Shown here: positions 50,420 to 61,943 of the stretch, piece after piece | Layout: every line of letters starts with the position of its first letter | How positions within the stretch are numbered: position 1 is the first letter of the stretch | Made by a program: the position numbers and the translations under genes | Assembly: GCA_905178155.1 (NCBI GenBank) | Contig: CAJINV010000012.1 | Span: forward strand, 367,271-431,270 | From: Amoebophrya sp. A120 | Lineage: Eukaryota > Protista > Dinoflagellata | Reading direction: 5' to 3' | Length of the DNA stretch: 64,000 nucleotides | Notes under the pieces: generated by a model | The model's input: only the letters and a program-made list of their open reading frames with translations | Databases searched by the model: none | What the model was told of the DNA's origin: nothing

Positions 50420-52115
50420 CCTTCTCCTTGTTGTGTCGCGGAATTTTTTGCGAAGAGCGTGGATCTTCTTGTTTTTATGTCGACGGACAGAGTAATTATT
50501 GTAATCTCGTCAAATGGTTGATGGAAATGGAATAGAAGTGTTTTTCAACATGGGAAGTAGTTAAAACGTATCGCCTTCGATTACGAAGCGGATGATGCGT
50601 GTAGTCACAGAAATGATCTATCGCTGCCGTTCTACACCAGTATCTGCAGCTAGCGCGACGGGGACGAAAGGCATACGAAAGATTTTTACACTGCACAACG
50701 ACCTTGTGTTCGGATACGAAGAAATGAGAAAAAATATTCTACTCAAGAAGTACTCTAAAAAGTCTAGAAAGTGCACACATCTTTGTAGCTAGCTTGTCGT
50801 GACAATTGTTTCCTTGAAGATCAACAGCTTCAGCTAAGAGTTGTTCGTTTCAAAAAAAAGTTTGTCACTGCCGGGGTGAAGTTGTAGATGTGATGACTTC
50901 TTTCATCTTGTTCTGCTGACCACATTGACAACCCGAAGATTACCAGGTCTGTACTCCCTGACTCTAAAGTTGACCTGCGAGGGGACAACTACGCACTCTG
51001 CCGACAACATCAAAGGCAAAGCTAGCGTTTGTGAAATAGCTTTAACGGTCGTCTTCGCACGAGAAGCTGCGGATCAAAGTAGGAACTACTCCGAGTGGCA
51101 TGGATCAGTGTCTCAAGATCAACATCTTCGAGTGCTGTTCGTGTTTGCACTCGCTTGTTGAGCGCGCCGCGCTAGTTCTGATATAAATGTTCTTCCTCGT
51201 TCTTGTACTTCGTTAACCTTCATATGTATGCTGATGTGACGAGTACTCCTGAAGAAGATGACCAGAGTGGTACATCATGCGGATCTTGTCAACAGCTTCA
51301 ACATGCACGAAGCGCCTGCCAGGCGTTCTCGTGCTGACGGATCCTCAATCTTGGAGAATGCACGCGCTCTCCTTTTCCAATTTTTGCTGACATTCGGCTT
51401 CGAAACCAGATGAAAACAGCGGACGCCTTCTATACCCTCGCAGAACGTCGCTGCGCGCAGGGGAATGGCAATAAATAGACCATCAACGAGCATGATCAAA
51501 TATGTTTTTCATTCCCCGCTTGCCAATAAACTGGCAAATTATCAACATGTCGAGTCTGTTTCATATTCTTCACGCTGCAATAATGCCGTGTCAGAGTAGA
51601 AGACTACCTGGAAATAAATGCAGCAGACCCTGTTTCGGTAAAAATGCGAAGCTTCGCAAGCTTGTGCCTGAAATTGCTGCGCTCTGGATCATACGAGCCA
51701 GATTCAAATATGAAATTGATAGACTCTTGCTCTCTCTGTGAAACATAAGACTGCACCAGACCTTTTATCTACGCATAAATGTCTGCCCTGAGTCAAGCTA
51801 AGAAAGCTGCATTTTCTGAATCTGAAAGCTTGATGAAAACTGCATCTTCATAATCGTGCAAACAACTAGAACTTCTACCCTAATTCTTAGTCGAAATTTT
51901 CGTTTGGTAACACAAACCGTATGATACATTCTTTGAAATTCTGTAGCATTCTTCTGAAACTGTGGTAAACCTAAAGCTAAAACGAGAATGTGAAGTGAAG
52001 TGAAAAGCTGATGTGTATAAAATCTTACAACAAATGAGTCTTGCCGCGTAAAAGTAAAACTGAAATCCTCGTAAATGATCATATAGAAGTCACTGACGCC
52101 TCCTACTGGTACAAC

Positions 52116-55100
52116 TTACTCTTCCTCCTTCCCCTCCATTAAAATCCTCTTCGCCTCTTCTACCATCTTGATCGCCGACTCGTAGTCCCCGTCCCTATCT
52201 GCGGACTCCAACAGGTAATCTAGTTCCTTCTGGTACGTTGCTTGCAGCTTCTCCAGCTCCGCCGGCAAATTGACGGACGAAGATGCGGAGGAGGAACTGT
52301 GAGAAAACTCTGGATTCATTTTGCAGCTCGTCTTCCTACTATCTTCAGTAGCACTGACTGGTGTTTCCTCGTCGTGACAGGAACTACTTGATGATTGTTC
52401 TCCGCTTTTGTTGTTACTGCACCGCCCACTCGACGGAGAGCCAGCACTTCCCATACTGTGCCTGACGTAGTTGCCATCTTCATCTGCGTCCTCAGCAGCA
52501 GAGCCGGCATTATTCGGTGTATTCATGACGGAAAACATATCCGATTGCGCGAACGTGTGCGCCGGACTACAAGAAGACGTCGGGGTGACGAAAGCGGCTC
52601 CGAATGTTGATCCGAACCAGCTTTCAAAGAACCCACCGCCGCTAGTACTGCTTTCTTGCGCCGTCTGCTGATCAACATCAAGGGTTCTTGCTTTGTTGAA
52701 CAATTCCTGCGGCAGGTTCTTGCTGTTAGAATTCTTTGCGTGGGGTGTGACCGGGGAGAGCAGTTGACTCTTGTCTACGTCGTTTTGGTAGTTTTGCGGA
52801 TCAGCATCAGGAGGGACTGCACCTGGCGTAACTGCCTCTCCGTCGGGTAGTTGCTCTTTCCCGGCACTCAGCGTGGCGTGGTTGGCTTTGTTGATAGTTT
52901 TGTTAACATTATTATCCGCAACATGCTGCTCAACATCTTCTTCCACCTGCTTCTGTTCAGAAAGATCGACTTTGTTTTCATCTTGTCCATCCACTAGAGC
53001 GCCGCTTTTCATCTTGTTTTCGTTCGAAGTAGATTTTTGCTTCATCGCTTTTTCTACTTTGTCCTCTTCCTCCGCTCCGCTGCTGGTTCCCTCTGAGTAT
53101 GGCGCTCTTAACTGTTACACTCTCAGCTGTTACATGGATTTGTCATGCGAAAAAACCATCATCACCCACACGATCAAGCTGCTTCGCATGACAAATCTGC
53201 GAACGGCTAAGCAGTACCTAAATCTGTTTGGAATTTGTAATGCTACAGATGCAACAGCAACGGCAACCTCCCCGCTTTCACTGTTCCCATTCTTGCATCA
53301 CAAACCCATCTAACAGCTGAGAATGTAACAGTTGAGAACGCCATACTGAGGTCATGTCGGTTTTGAAGAAGTCCGCCACGAAATCTTCGGGAACAAGGGT
53401 TGTTTATCAAGTGCAAAAATGTCTGGGTCTGGAAGAATTCATGTTTGTCATGCTCGTCTGGCATGACTCTGAAATCTGTCAATGTCACGCACGTTACCCA
53501 AGAGGCCCGTTTTTCTGTGATGCAGAAGCGCAGTTTGTTATGCAGAATAGGCAAAACCTAGGAGCTCAGAAACTTGTCATGCTGAGCCAGCACTTGTGGC
53601 CTCATCATGAGACGCCACCCAGCATCAGAAGTTTCCAGACCCAGACACTTTTACAATCCATATAGTTGTCTTTCCAACTATTTCGTCCTCATTTGCAGCC
53701 ATGGCTACCGCGGTGTCGTCTGTCTCTGGGAGTGGGAGGTCGTGTTTGGGTTCTACTTTGACGGCGGGTTTACTGCTGGATGGCCGGGCGAGGACAGGAG
53801 CAGCACGACGTTTAATATTGTCCTCGTTTTTCATTTTTGCAGTTTCAGCGTAGTAAAACACCAGCGGTGGATGTTGACTTTGATCCTCGTCTTCATTTGC
53901 TGTAGCGTCGGCACTCAAGCAGGAGGAGGAGGAGGAGGAGGAGGAAGCAGGAACAGCATAAACCCTTCGTGGCCCCCGACGAGCAGGGTGGCCTTCGTGG
54001 CAAAGAGCCAGACACATACTCTCTGTGGCGGAGGACGAAGCCGAAGCGGAGAAGGAAGACAAGGAGCTGGCGTTTTTGTGTTTGAACGTCATGTCAAAGG
54101 CATTCAATGTGGTGGAAAACACATCTGACATGATGCTAACGCCATTTATTTTATCTTCTCTGTTCTTGTCTGCTGGTGGAGAAGTGCAAGTAGGTCCAGG
54201 TTTAGTATTTTCCTCTACTGTCGCCGCCGACGTACCATCGCCGTAGGTCGCGGTCGAAGACGAAAGATAAGTCCCAGCGAAGCTAGTACTAGTACCCGAC
54301 TTGTTGTTATCCTTGTTCTCATTCTTCCCGCCTGCTGGCATGGCGTCCTCGGTAAGAACGTCTTGGCTCCTGACGTAGATGTCCTCGTCCCCAGCTGTTC
54401 TTCCTGTTCTTGTAAGCGGAACTGCCGCCACTGTCGCATTCTTATCGTGCACAACCACCTCCAGTTCCCGCTTTTCTTGTTCCACTATTGTAGCAAACTC
54501 GTTATTCCTGCATCTTCCCACAACAATTTTCTTGTATTCTGTTTCCCCTGGGACCCCGCCGGTCAGCTTGTACAACTCCAACGACTCTTCCCACTCTTCC
54601 CGGTGCCAAACTAGATCTTATGCATTGAAAAAGTATCGCACTCGTAGTATTGCAATACAAACTAGCTCAGCACGACAAACGGAATTTGTTATGCTGATTT
54701 AGCTTGAAAGAGAGATTTGTATTGCATGACTGCGCTCAGTACGAGTATGATACTTTTGCAGTGCATAGATCTCTTTCCCAGACAAGCTCCAAAAGGCCCA
54801 CCGCGTAGTCTCGGTGGTCGTGCTGGACCGGGTGTAACTCCGGTATGCATTGAAAAATTTTTATCGTGGTAGCAGTAATTGCATTACAAATTGAATCTCG
54901 ACAAGACAAAGACGAAAAGCACAATCTGTTGTTCAGAATCTGGCCAGGAGAAGGTAATTAATTTGTCCCGCAACACCATTGCAATTTCTACGTAAAAATA
55001 CAATACTTTTGCACGTCATATCCGGCAACCGGCGAGAACTGGGCAACACGTTGTGTAGCACCTCCCGCGAAATCCCTCGCGTCAGCAGCCACGCCGTGGC

Positions 55101-58100
55101 CATCTTCTGGATGTCGGAACGGATTTGATTTTTGTCACCGCGTATCAAATGTAAAAGTGTCTGGGTCTGGAAGGTTACCAGGTTTGTCATGCATATTTTG
55201 CATGACTCAGGATGTCTGTAATGCATGATCTAGCATCACATATTTCTAGAGGCGTTCCTGATGCCTATCCCGCATGACAAATGCCCCCCCCACGTAGCAC
55301 AAACTGGGCGCCTCTTGCTGGTCATGCAATACAGATTTTTTTAGAATCCAAAGTTAGCATCACAAGTTGCATTCTTCCAGACCCAGACATTTTTACATTT
55401 GATACCACGATGGTCCTTGGAACAAGGTAACAAGGAACCTAGACGTGACCGGGGGGGTCACGTCCGTCCGGCCGGCCGGACGGACGGCACGTGACCGGGG
55501 GTCGGTCGTGGTGGAGGAGGTGGAGGTGGCTGCGGTGGACCGCGCGGCCGGGCAACTAAAAAAAAAAAAAAAGGTCATGAGCTCGGCACTTCACTGAAGA
55601 ACTGCCTCTCTTCGTCACGCTCCGCCCCCGGTCACGCGGCCGGCGGCTGTCAGCTAGTTCGGGCGCCCAACTAAAAAAAAAAGGCCATGAGTTCGGTCTT
55701 TCACGGAAAACGGCGCGGCTCTTGCCCCTGGTCCGCCGTCGGTGACGCGGCCGGGGGCTTCTAGCTACCGAGGGCCACAGTTGCTGCGGCATTCGGGAGC
55801 GCCGAACTCGCCCCGAGGCCGGACTACCCCCGGTCACGTGCCGTCCATCCGGCCGGACGGACGGACGTGACCCCCCCGGTCACGTCTAAGTTCCTTGTTA
55901 CCCTGTTCTTGTGATTGAACGGGACCAGTGCCCTTTCGTGTGAGGAAATCCGCGCCTTCAGGCTCTCCGTTATCTCCGCATTGTAATATTCTTCCTTGTT
56001 TCTCTTCGTTTCCTCTACTTTCGCAAGCACCTTTCGCGCCAGCCGGTGGTCCTTCCGGCAAAACTCGTTGATGTCCGAAAAGTATGAAACGTTCTGCAAG
56101 AGTATCGCATTACCCTCGTAGATTTTTTTCGCAATATTTAAATGCATGACAAACGTCGCTACTGAGGTAAATCAGCATTGCAAATTGCAACTCCAGTACT
56201 CTTCCGCCTGCAAAGTTCCTACTATGTATGGTGCGATACTTACTTTTGCCAAGTCGATAAATCCATTATCAACTGCCGCAAATCTGGATCCGCGATGTTA
56301 TTGATTTCACGTCGGATGTACAGCGCCAACCCGTACTTCTGATCATTCAGCCGAAATTCCTCTCCGTACTGGTCTTCAAACTCGTGCCGCAACCGCTCCA
56401 CGTTGGCGTACAGGGTTTTATTTTTCTTCGGATTTTGATTTTCGAACACGTCGTAACTCGCCCGGTGCAGCTTATTTAGGTCCGACTTGGTCAGCGGGTG
56501 GGGCTGCAAAGTGCCGTCCTCGCGCAGTTCGAGGCTGGATTTGGTCGCCGTGCTCACGCCCTGGGTGAAAGCGGTGATGATTTCTTCCAATGCTTTGGCT
56601 TTGAAGTCCGGGCTCTCTTCCACCAACCGCTTGTAAAACTCCACCGGTTCTTCCTTCAGATAGACGTCCACTGCTCGGTAGCGCTGGTCCACGGCTTGCA
56701 AGAAGCCACCGTCTACTTTTTGCCAGTGGTCAGCTTGCGATGTAGTTGTCGTGTTGTTGTTCCCAATGGGAAGACTTTTCTGGTCAACTTCTGCAGAACG
56801 CGTAACATTAGCCGCTGTAATATTTTGAAGACCTTTTTTCTTCGACCCTCGTCGTGGTTCTACATCTACTGGTTCTTCCTCCTGCTCCTGCTTCGTGGTG
56901 TTAGTATCTCTTTTCGCCCAGAGAAGCTGTAGATTTTCCTTTGTATTCTCAACAACCACCGCCCGGTAAAGGAGTGGTGCCAATCGCACGGCGAAGGAGT
57001 GAACACCGGCCGGGAGTTTCTCTACCACAAACCGCTTTTCCGCATCGCTCTCCAACACTGCTTGTATGTACCGCCGAGAGATCGCGGCCAACTCGTGATC
57101 GCCAGTGAAATTGGAGGACGCGTTCGAAGACGTAGCCGCACTTGGTCCAGCTCCACCAGCACCTCCGCGAGTCTGGGGCGGACTGGGGCTGCGAAGCTTG
57201 CTGTGCGTCACCGTTTTCAGCTTCTCGACAATTTGCGCGGTTCTGCTCCCCCCGCCAATGATTTTGCAGAACGCATTCGCGGCTTCTTTGTGCTGTAATA
57301 GCTTCTCGGAGGATTTGCGCAAGCAGGTCACGAGATCTTCGAAGTCGAGCAAGTCGCTGCAATTAGGTGTGAAGAACAGCTTGGGGCTCGGTAGTGTCGT
57401 ATGAAATTTTCTTCCGGCGCTTTTATTCCCTACTTGTTCAGCGCTTTTTGTTTTTTCTTCCTGCTCTGCGCTATTCTTTCGCATGATCTCAACCAGCTTT
57501 GCAAACACCAAATCAGCAATCGGATCAGCTGGACCTCCGGAGCCACTACTCGTCTTGTTCTGCTTCAGTTCCGCTTGCCGTTCTTTCCTTGCCGGAGACG
57601 GAGTACAACTAGAGAGCTGCAATCTAATCCCGTTAGGAACATGATGACTCGTTCTTTTCATGCTGTCCTTGCTCTTACTAACGGTTTTCATCTTCGGCGA
57701 CTGCGAGGGTGCGACGTGCCGGCGGTCATTTTGTTCATAGTGATGTGGAGTATGTTTTACTCGTCCACGTCCTGCCGTTGTACTGTGGTTTTCCGACTTC
57801 GAAAAATGTTCGCTCCTTGAAGATCTTGAATTTGTACTTCTACTACTGCCTTTGCTCGGCACGACGCTACTGATGTTCGTCGGGATTGTGACACCTTTCT
57901 CCCTTTTCATCATCTTCAGGTACTCCGCCCGTTTTTTTCCGAAGTCAGCTAGATCCACAACTTTATTCGGCAAAACAGTAGAACCTTCGACAGTTGATGT
58001 TTGGTTGGCGTGGTGGTGAATGTTGCTGTTGGTCGTACTGTTATTCGTGTTTTGCATTTGCTGCTGTTGCTCCAATTCCTTCATCTTCGCTTTCATCGCA

Positions 58101-58105
58101 TTCAT
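52116..58105 (-). CDS. Intact 3' part (1398 codons, 8 exons) of a large protein of unknown function whose 5' part is disrupted
   Basis: Seven excisions give 4197 nt open from ATG at 58105 to the stop at 52116. Confidence 0.65.
53098..53345. mobile_element. Introner, family J (248 bp)
   Basis: 40-bp TIR TATGGCGYTCTYAACTGTTACAYTCTCAGCTGTTASATGG; TSD CTGAG. Confidence 0.92.
53405..53662. mobile_element. Introner, family A subtype (258 bp)
   Basis: Close inverted relative of 3774-4026; TSD TTGTT/TAGTT. Confidence 0.9.
54619..54767. mobile_element. Introner, family B (149 bp)
   Basis: TSD GATCT; excision gives ERDL-VWHR. Confidence 0.9.
54844..55020. mobile_element. Introner, family B (177 bp)
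   Basis: TSD TCCGG; excision gives RLPE-LHPV. Confidence 0.88.
55143..55404. mobile_element. Introner, family A (262 bp)
   Basis: TSD CCGCG/CCACG; excision gives HRG-DKNQ. Confidence 0.9.
55420..55908. mobile_element. GC-rich MITE of a different class (489 bp, TIRs of about 80 bp, 3-4 bp TSD), inserted in coding sequence
   Basis: GAACARGGTAACAAGGAACYTAGACGTGACCGGGGGGGTCACGTCC.. at both ends; TSD (C)TTG; excision gives FNHK-DHRG. Confidence 0.85.
56083..56259. mobile_element. Decayed family B introner (177 bp)
   Basis: Remnant TIRs, TSD eroded; removing the element plus 5 nt gives LIMD-SDINEF in frame. Confidence 0.6.
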
Positions 58106-58116
58106 TTATTTTGACT

Positions 58117-58219
58117 TATCCAGGAGAAAACACTGATCCCCATACAATTTGTCATGCAGAACATGCATAACTTGCAGTGTTTGTCATGCAAAAAATGGAT
58201 GGGTGTTTTTTCCTGGATA
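58117..58219. mobile_element. Introner, family H (103 bp)
   Basis: TIR TATCCAGGARAAAACAC; TSD TGACT. Confidence 0.9.
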
Positions 58220-58397
58220 TGACTCCATATCCTCCACCTCTTTCGCCAGCGCAGCTGCTGCTGCCGTCGGATCTACCGGTGCTGATCCCTGCTCATCTTT
58301 CGCCAGAGCTCTAGCGGTTGCCGTCGACGTCAACGTCGTGGTACCGGGTGCCACTGCTGAAAACCGGGGATCTTGTTCTTGATTTTGTTCTTGCCAC

Positions 58398-58676
58398 AAA
58401 ACGAGATTTGTGATGCTGTATTTGAGTACACAAATCGACTTGTAATGCTAGATGGCCAAGAGATGCAGCTGTGGCCTGGGTTGCAGGCAATTTGTGATGC
58501 TATTTCCCACTTCCAGCTGCCTCCTGTCATGCTGAACATGCAAGGCTTTCCCACGCCAACCGGCACTACAGTCCGCATCTTTTCCCTTCTAGCATAACAA
58601 AGCTGATTTGTGACCACAAATCTGCATCACAAATTTCCAGTTTGAGTATGGGGTGGGGGGATTTTTCACTTTGATA
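58398..58676. mobile_element. Truncated family I-like introner (right end only)
   Basis: Ends TATGGGGTGGGGGGATTTTTCACTTTGATA; left TIR absent. Confidence 0.7.
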
Positions 58677-59077
58677 TGCTTTGGCTTTGAAGTCCGGGCT
58701 CTCTTCCACCAACCGCTTGTAAAACTCCACCGCTCGTTCCTTCGGATCGTCCACTGCTCGGTAGCGCTGGTCCACGGTTTGCAAGAAGCTACCGTGGTCT
58801 ACTTTTTGCCAATAGTCAGGTTGCGATGTAGTTGTCGTGTTGTTGTTCATCCCAATGGGAAGACTTTTCTGGTCAACTTCTGCAGAAGGCGTAACGTTAG
58901 CTGTTGTAGTATTTTGAAGACCTTTTTTCTTCGACCCCCGTCGTGGTTCAGGTTCTACATCTACTGGTTCTTCCTCCTGCTCCTGCAGCTTCGTGGTGTT
59001 AGTATCTCTTTTCGCCCAGAGAAGCTGTAGATTTTCCCTTGTATTCTCAACAACCACCGCCCGGTAAAGGAGTGGTG

Positions 59078-59215
59078 TATGACAGGGCACAACTTCCCCT
59101 CCCCCTCATTTGTGATGCAAAATCCCACATCCACCATTTGCCTCTTAGCACTTTTTGCATGACAACTTCTGGCACACTCCTGTGCAAATGTGTCATGCAA
59201 AACCTGCATTTTTCG
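59078..59215. mobile_element. Truncated family E introner (left end only)
   Basis: Begins TATGACAGGGCACAACTTCCCCTCCCCCTCATTTG; cut off by the target repeat. Confidence 0.75.
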
Positions 59216-60170
59216 CCAGAGTTGCAGCGGTTGCCGTCGACGCCAACGTCGTACCGGGGGCGTCGGATCTACCGGTATCTGATCATCATCATCATCATTA
59301 TCGTCATGTTTTGCCAGCATCTATGTTTCTAGTTCAGCTTGCGTCTCGGGCTGGGAAAAGGAACACTGCTGTGCGAGAATACAGCACTTGGTCTCTGACT
59401 CTGCCAAGCAACCGGCCTCGGGAGCATGTGCGTGTTGCTTTTGCTTCAACCGATACGGCCTGCCTGCGAAGTGCGCGCGGGCCGGCAGCTGCGGCCTTAA
59501 ATAAAGTATGGCACAGCTGCGGCGCGTGGCACGCATGGCCACAACATGAGGCGCTTCCATGTGGAGCGCCGAGAGGTCAATGGCAGATCTTGACTGGCGG
59601 CGGCGCGCAGGTATTCAAGGTAAAAAACACCATCACAGCCACGCCCGCCCCTTGCAATGCGGCAGATCTAGACGCCGTATTGCGTACGTGCTTGCCGTTG
59701 CACATCCGTATGCATACATGAATTCGTCGGATTTCTGCTACACAACAAACCAGATCATGCTAGGCGGTCGGGGCATTTTCTTATGCAGCATTTGCAGGGT
59801 TGAGGCTGTAACTGAGATGGTGCTGAGCACGTGCACAGGACGCGCCCTGCGCAAGACCATGCAACGCCGGTAAGGACCACCGCTACACTTCCTCCATCAA
59901 TGCCACCACGACCAGAAGGGCACGCACAGCACCAACACCAGCCCCGCTCTCAGGAAGACGATATGTGTGTGGTTTTTTAAGTGGGGGTCAGATATTCGGG
60001 AGAAGGAGACGAGTCACACGAACATCAAGCGAGTACATGTTTTAGTTACCACGCATTCGTTTCGCAGGGTTCCGGTTTTGTAAGGGTTCCGGTTTTAGTA
60101 ATTAGTCCCACCCTAAGCGGTTGCCGTCGACGCCAACGTCGTACCGGGTGCCACTGCTGAAAACCGGGGA

Positions 60171-60397
60171 GTTTGTCATGCAGATTTTGTATGACCCATG
60201 AGGTCTGTGATCATGCATGCCCTAGCATCAGAGATTTTGCGAGGGCTTTCTGATGCTCATACCGCATGAAAAATGCCCTCTCCGCGTAGCACGGATTACA
60301 CCTCTTTTGCTGTTCATGCAATACAGATTTTTTATAGAGTTCAAAGTTAGCATCACAAGTTCCAACCTTCCAGACCCAGACACTTTTACATTTGATA
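60171..60397. mobile_element. Truncated family A introner (right part)
   Basis: Ends CTTCCAGACCCAGACACTTTTACATTTGATA; left TIR replaced by the target repeat. Confidence 0.8.
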
Positions 60398-60461
60398 AGT
60401 ACGGCCTAATGTCCGTGTTCCACGGCTGCTCGTCCCAGGGGATTTGGACGGATAGCGTGCC

Positions 60462-60620
60462 TATCCTGTGCAAAAGTATCGCACTCGTAGTAATCGCAAT
60501 CTTCATGCATTACAAAGCTCCCTCTGAAACTGAACCCAAATCCGCATTACAAATTCAATTTTTCATGCTGAGGGAATTTGCCATGCGATTTTTACTAGTA
60601 TGATATTTTTGCAATGCATA
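60462..60620. mobile_element. Introner, family B (159 bp), inside a captured gene fragment
   Basis: TSD GTGCC; excision gives NERNGT-LSVQIPW. Confidence 0.9.
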
Positions 60621-60699
60621 GTGCCGTTCCTCTCATTCCTCACCGGAAAGCTGAAGTAGGGGATCGGGACCAGAGAATTTTCTTTTTCGCCGCTGGTTG

Positions 60700-61375
60700 T
60701 AGTAGAGAGACCTATAGTACTGACAGCGACTTGGCTCAAAGTTGTGGCAAAAGCTGGGCGAAAGCTATAGGGACCAACTTTTTTCGTGAATCTGCACGCT
60801 ATTGCAACGGCAACTTGGCTCGAAGTTGGCTCAAAGTTGGGTCAAAGCTCTAGACCTAAGCATTTTTTTGCTTCTATTTTCTTCTGAAGCACGACACTAC
60901 TGCATCAAATCTGTGTGATGTGGGCTCTAGACGTTCACAGATGGCGAATTGCAAATCAGCATGCTATGATTGGGACTCCTTTTGGAGAGGTAAATGGTCC
61001 ATACCATGCAGTCTAGAGATGATGTACACGGTTTTTCCTGGGGTCAAGAAAAGCCGCAGGAAAAGAGGCAAATTTATCTGAATTTTGGGTGCGAAAATCG
61101 CGCACCATCAAAAAACCGTGTACATCGCATCGAACCTGCATGGTGTGATGGGTGTACACGGTCTGCAAAGTGGTCGGGCTCGAGGAGACGCATTCTGAAC
61201 CGTGTACATCGACCACACCATGGGATCTAGATGCGATGTACACGGTTTTTTTGGGCCCGTTGTAAGTTTTGTTGCAGATTTGCCACTTTTGAAACCGTGC
61301 ACATGCACCATAGCGTGGTGGCTAGGTTCCATGTACACGGTTTTTGGCCAATCTGAAAAATTTGGCCTCGGAAGT
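60700..61375. mobile_element. Transposon-end-like fragment with repeated TGTACACGG motifs
   Basis: The first ~275 bp is an inverted match to about 38340-38636. About seven (GA)TGTACACGG(TTTT) motifs occur in both orientations at 61021-61345. Confidence 0.6.
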
Positions 61376-61622
61376 GAGTTGCAGCGGTTGCCGTCGACGT
61401 CAACGTCGCACGACCGGGGGCCACTTCTAAAAACCGGGGATCTTGTTCTTGATTTTGTTCTTGCCACGTAGATGAAGTTGCAGAAGTTGCTTCCAATGTT
61501 CTCTGTTTCTTGTCGTCGGAGGCATTGTACATTGCGTGTAAATAGTACGCAACGGCGGAGGTGGTTCTACTTCTATACGTCGGGGGCGCCGACCGCATTT
61601 CCCAAGAACTCTCGTACGCGGC

Positions 61623-61943
61623 TACTGCGAGGAAAGATCCCCCCTCCCCATATCGATAAGGCACGCCTCAGAAAATTTGTCATGCTGATTTGTGGCCACA
61701 AATCGCATCTGTGAAGCAAGAAAGCAACGCCACAGGCTCCGCCCTATTATGCAGGCGGTTTGTAATGCTGTTCTGCCTACGGTATAGACGTTCCCCATGC
61801 TAAGCGCCTAGGCCAAAACCTCTCGACTCCGGCACGATATGGGCCTGCAGTGCTCTACTGCAAGACAAAGCTGATTTGAGGTCACAAATCAGCATCACAA
61901 ATTTCGTTTTCGATATGGAGAGGGGGGAATTTTCCTTACGATA
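61623..61943. mobile_element. Introner, family I (321 bp)
   Basis: TSD GCGGC; same length and layout as 20027-20347. Confidence 0.9.

Larger units (their letters stand above)
58313..61467. repeat. Composite insertion: four copies of an exonic target separated by captured fragments
   Basis: AGCGGTTGCCGTCGACGYCAACGTCG.. at about 58313, 59226, 60116 and 61384; the outer pair shares about 85 bp. Confidence 0.85.

Noticed and set aside
2971-60603. Many short ORFs containing KMSGSGR, CKNVWVWK, FQTQTFLHL or LPDPDIF
   Set aside because: These are different-frame translations of the family A TIR, not a protein family.
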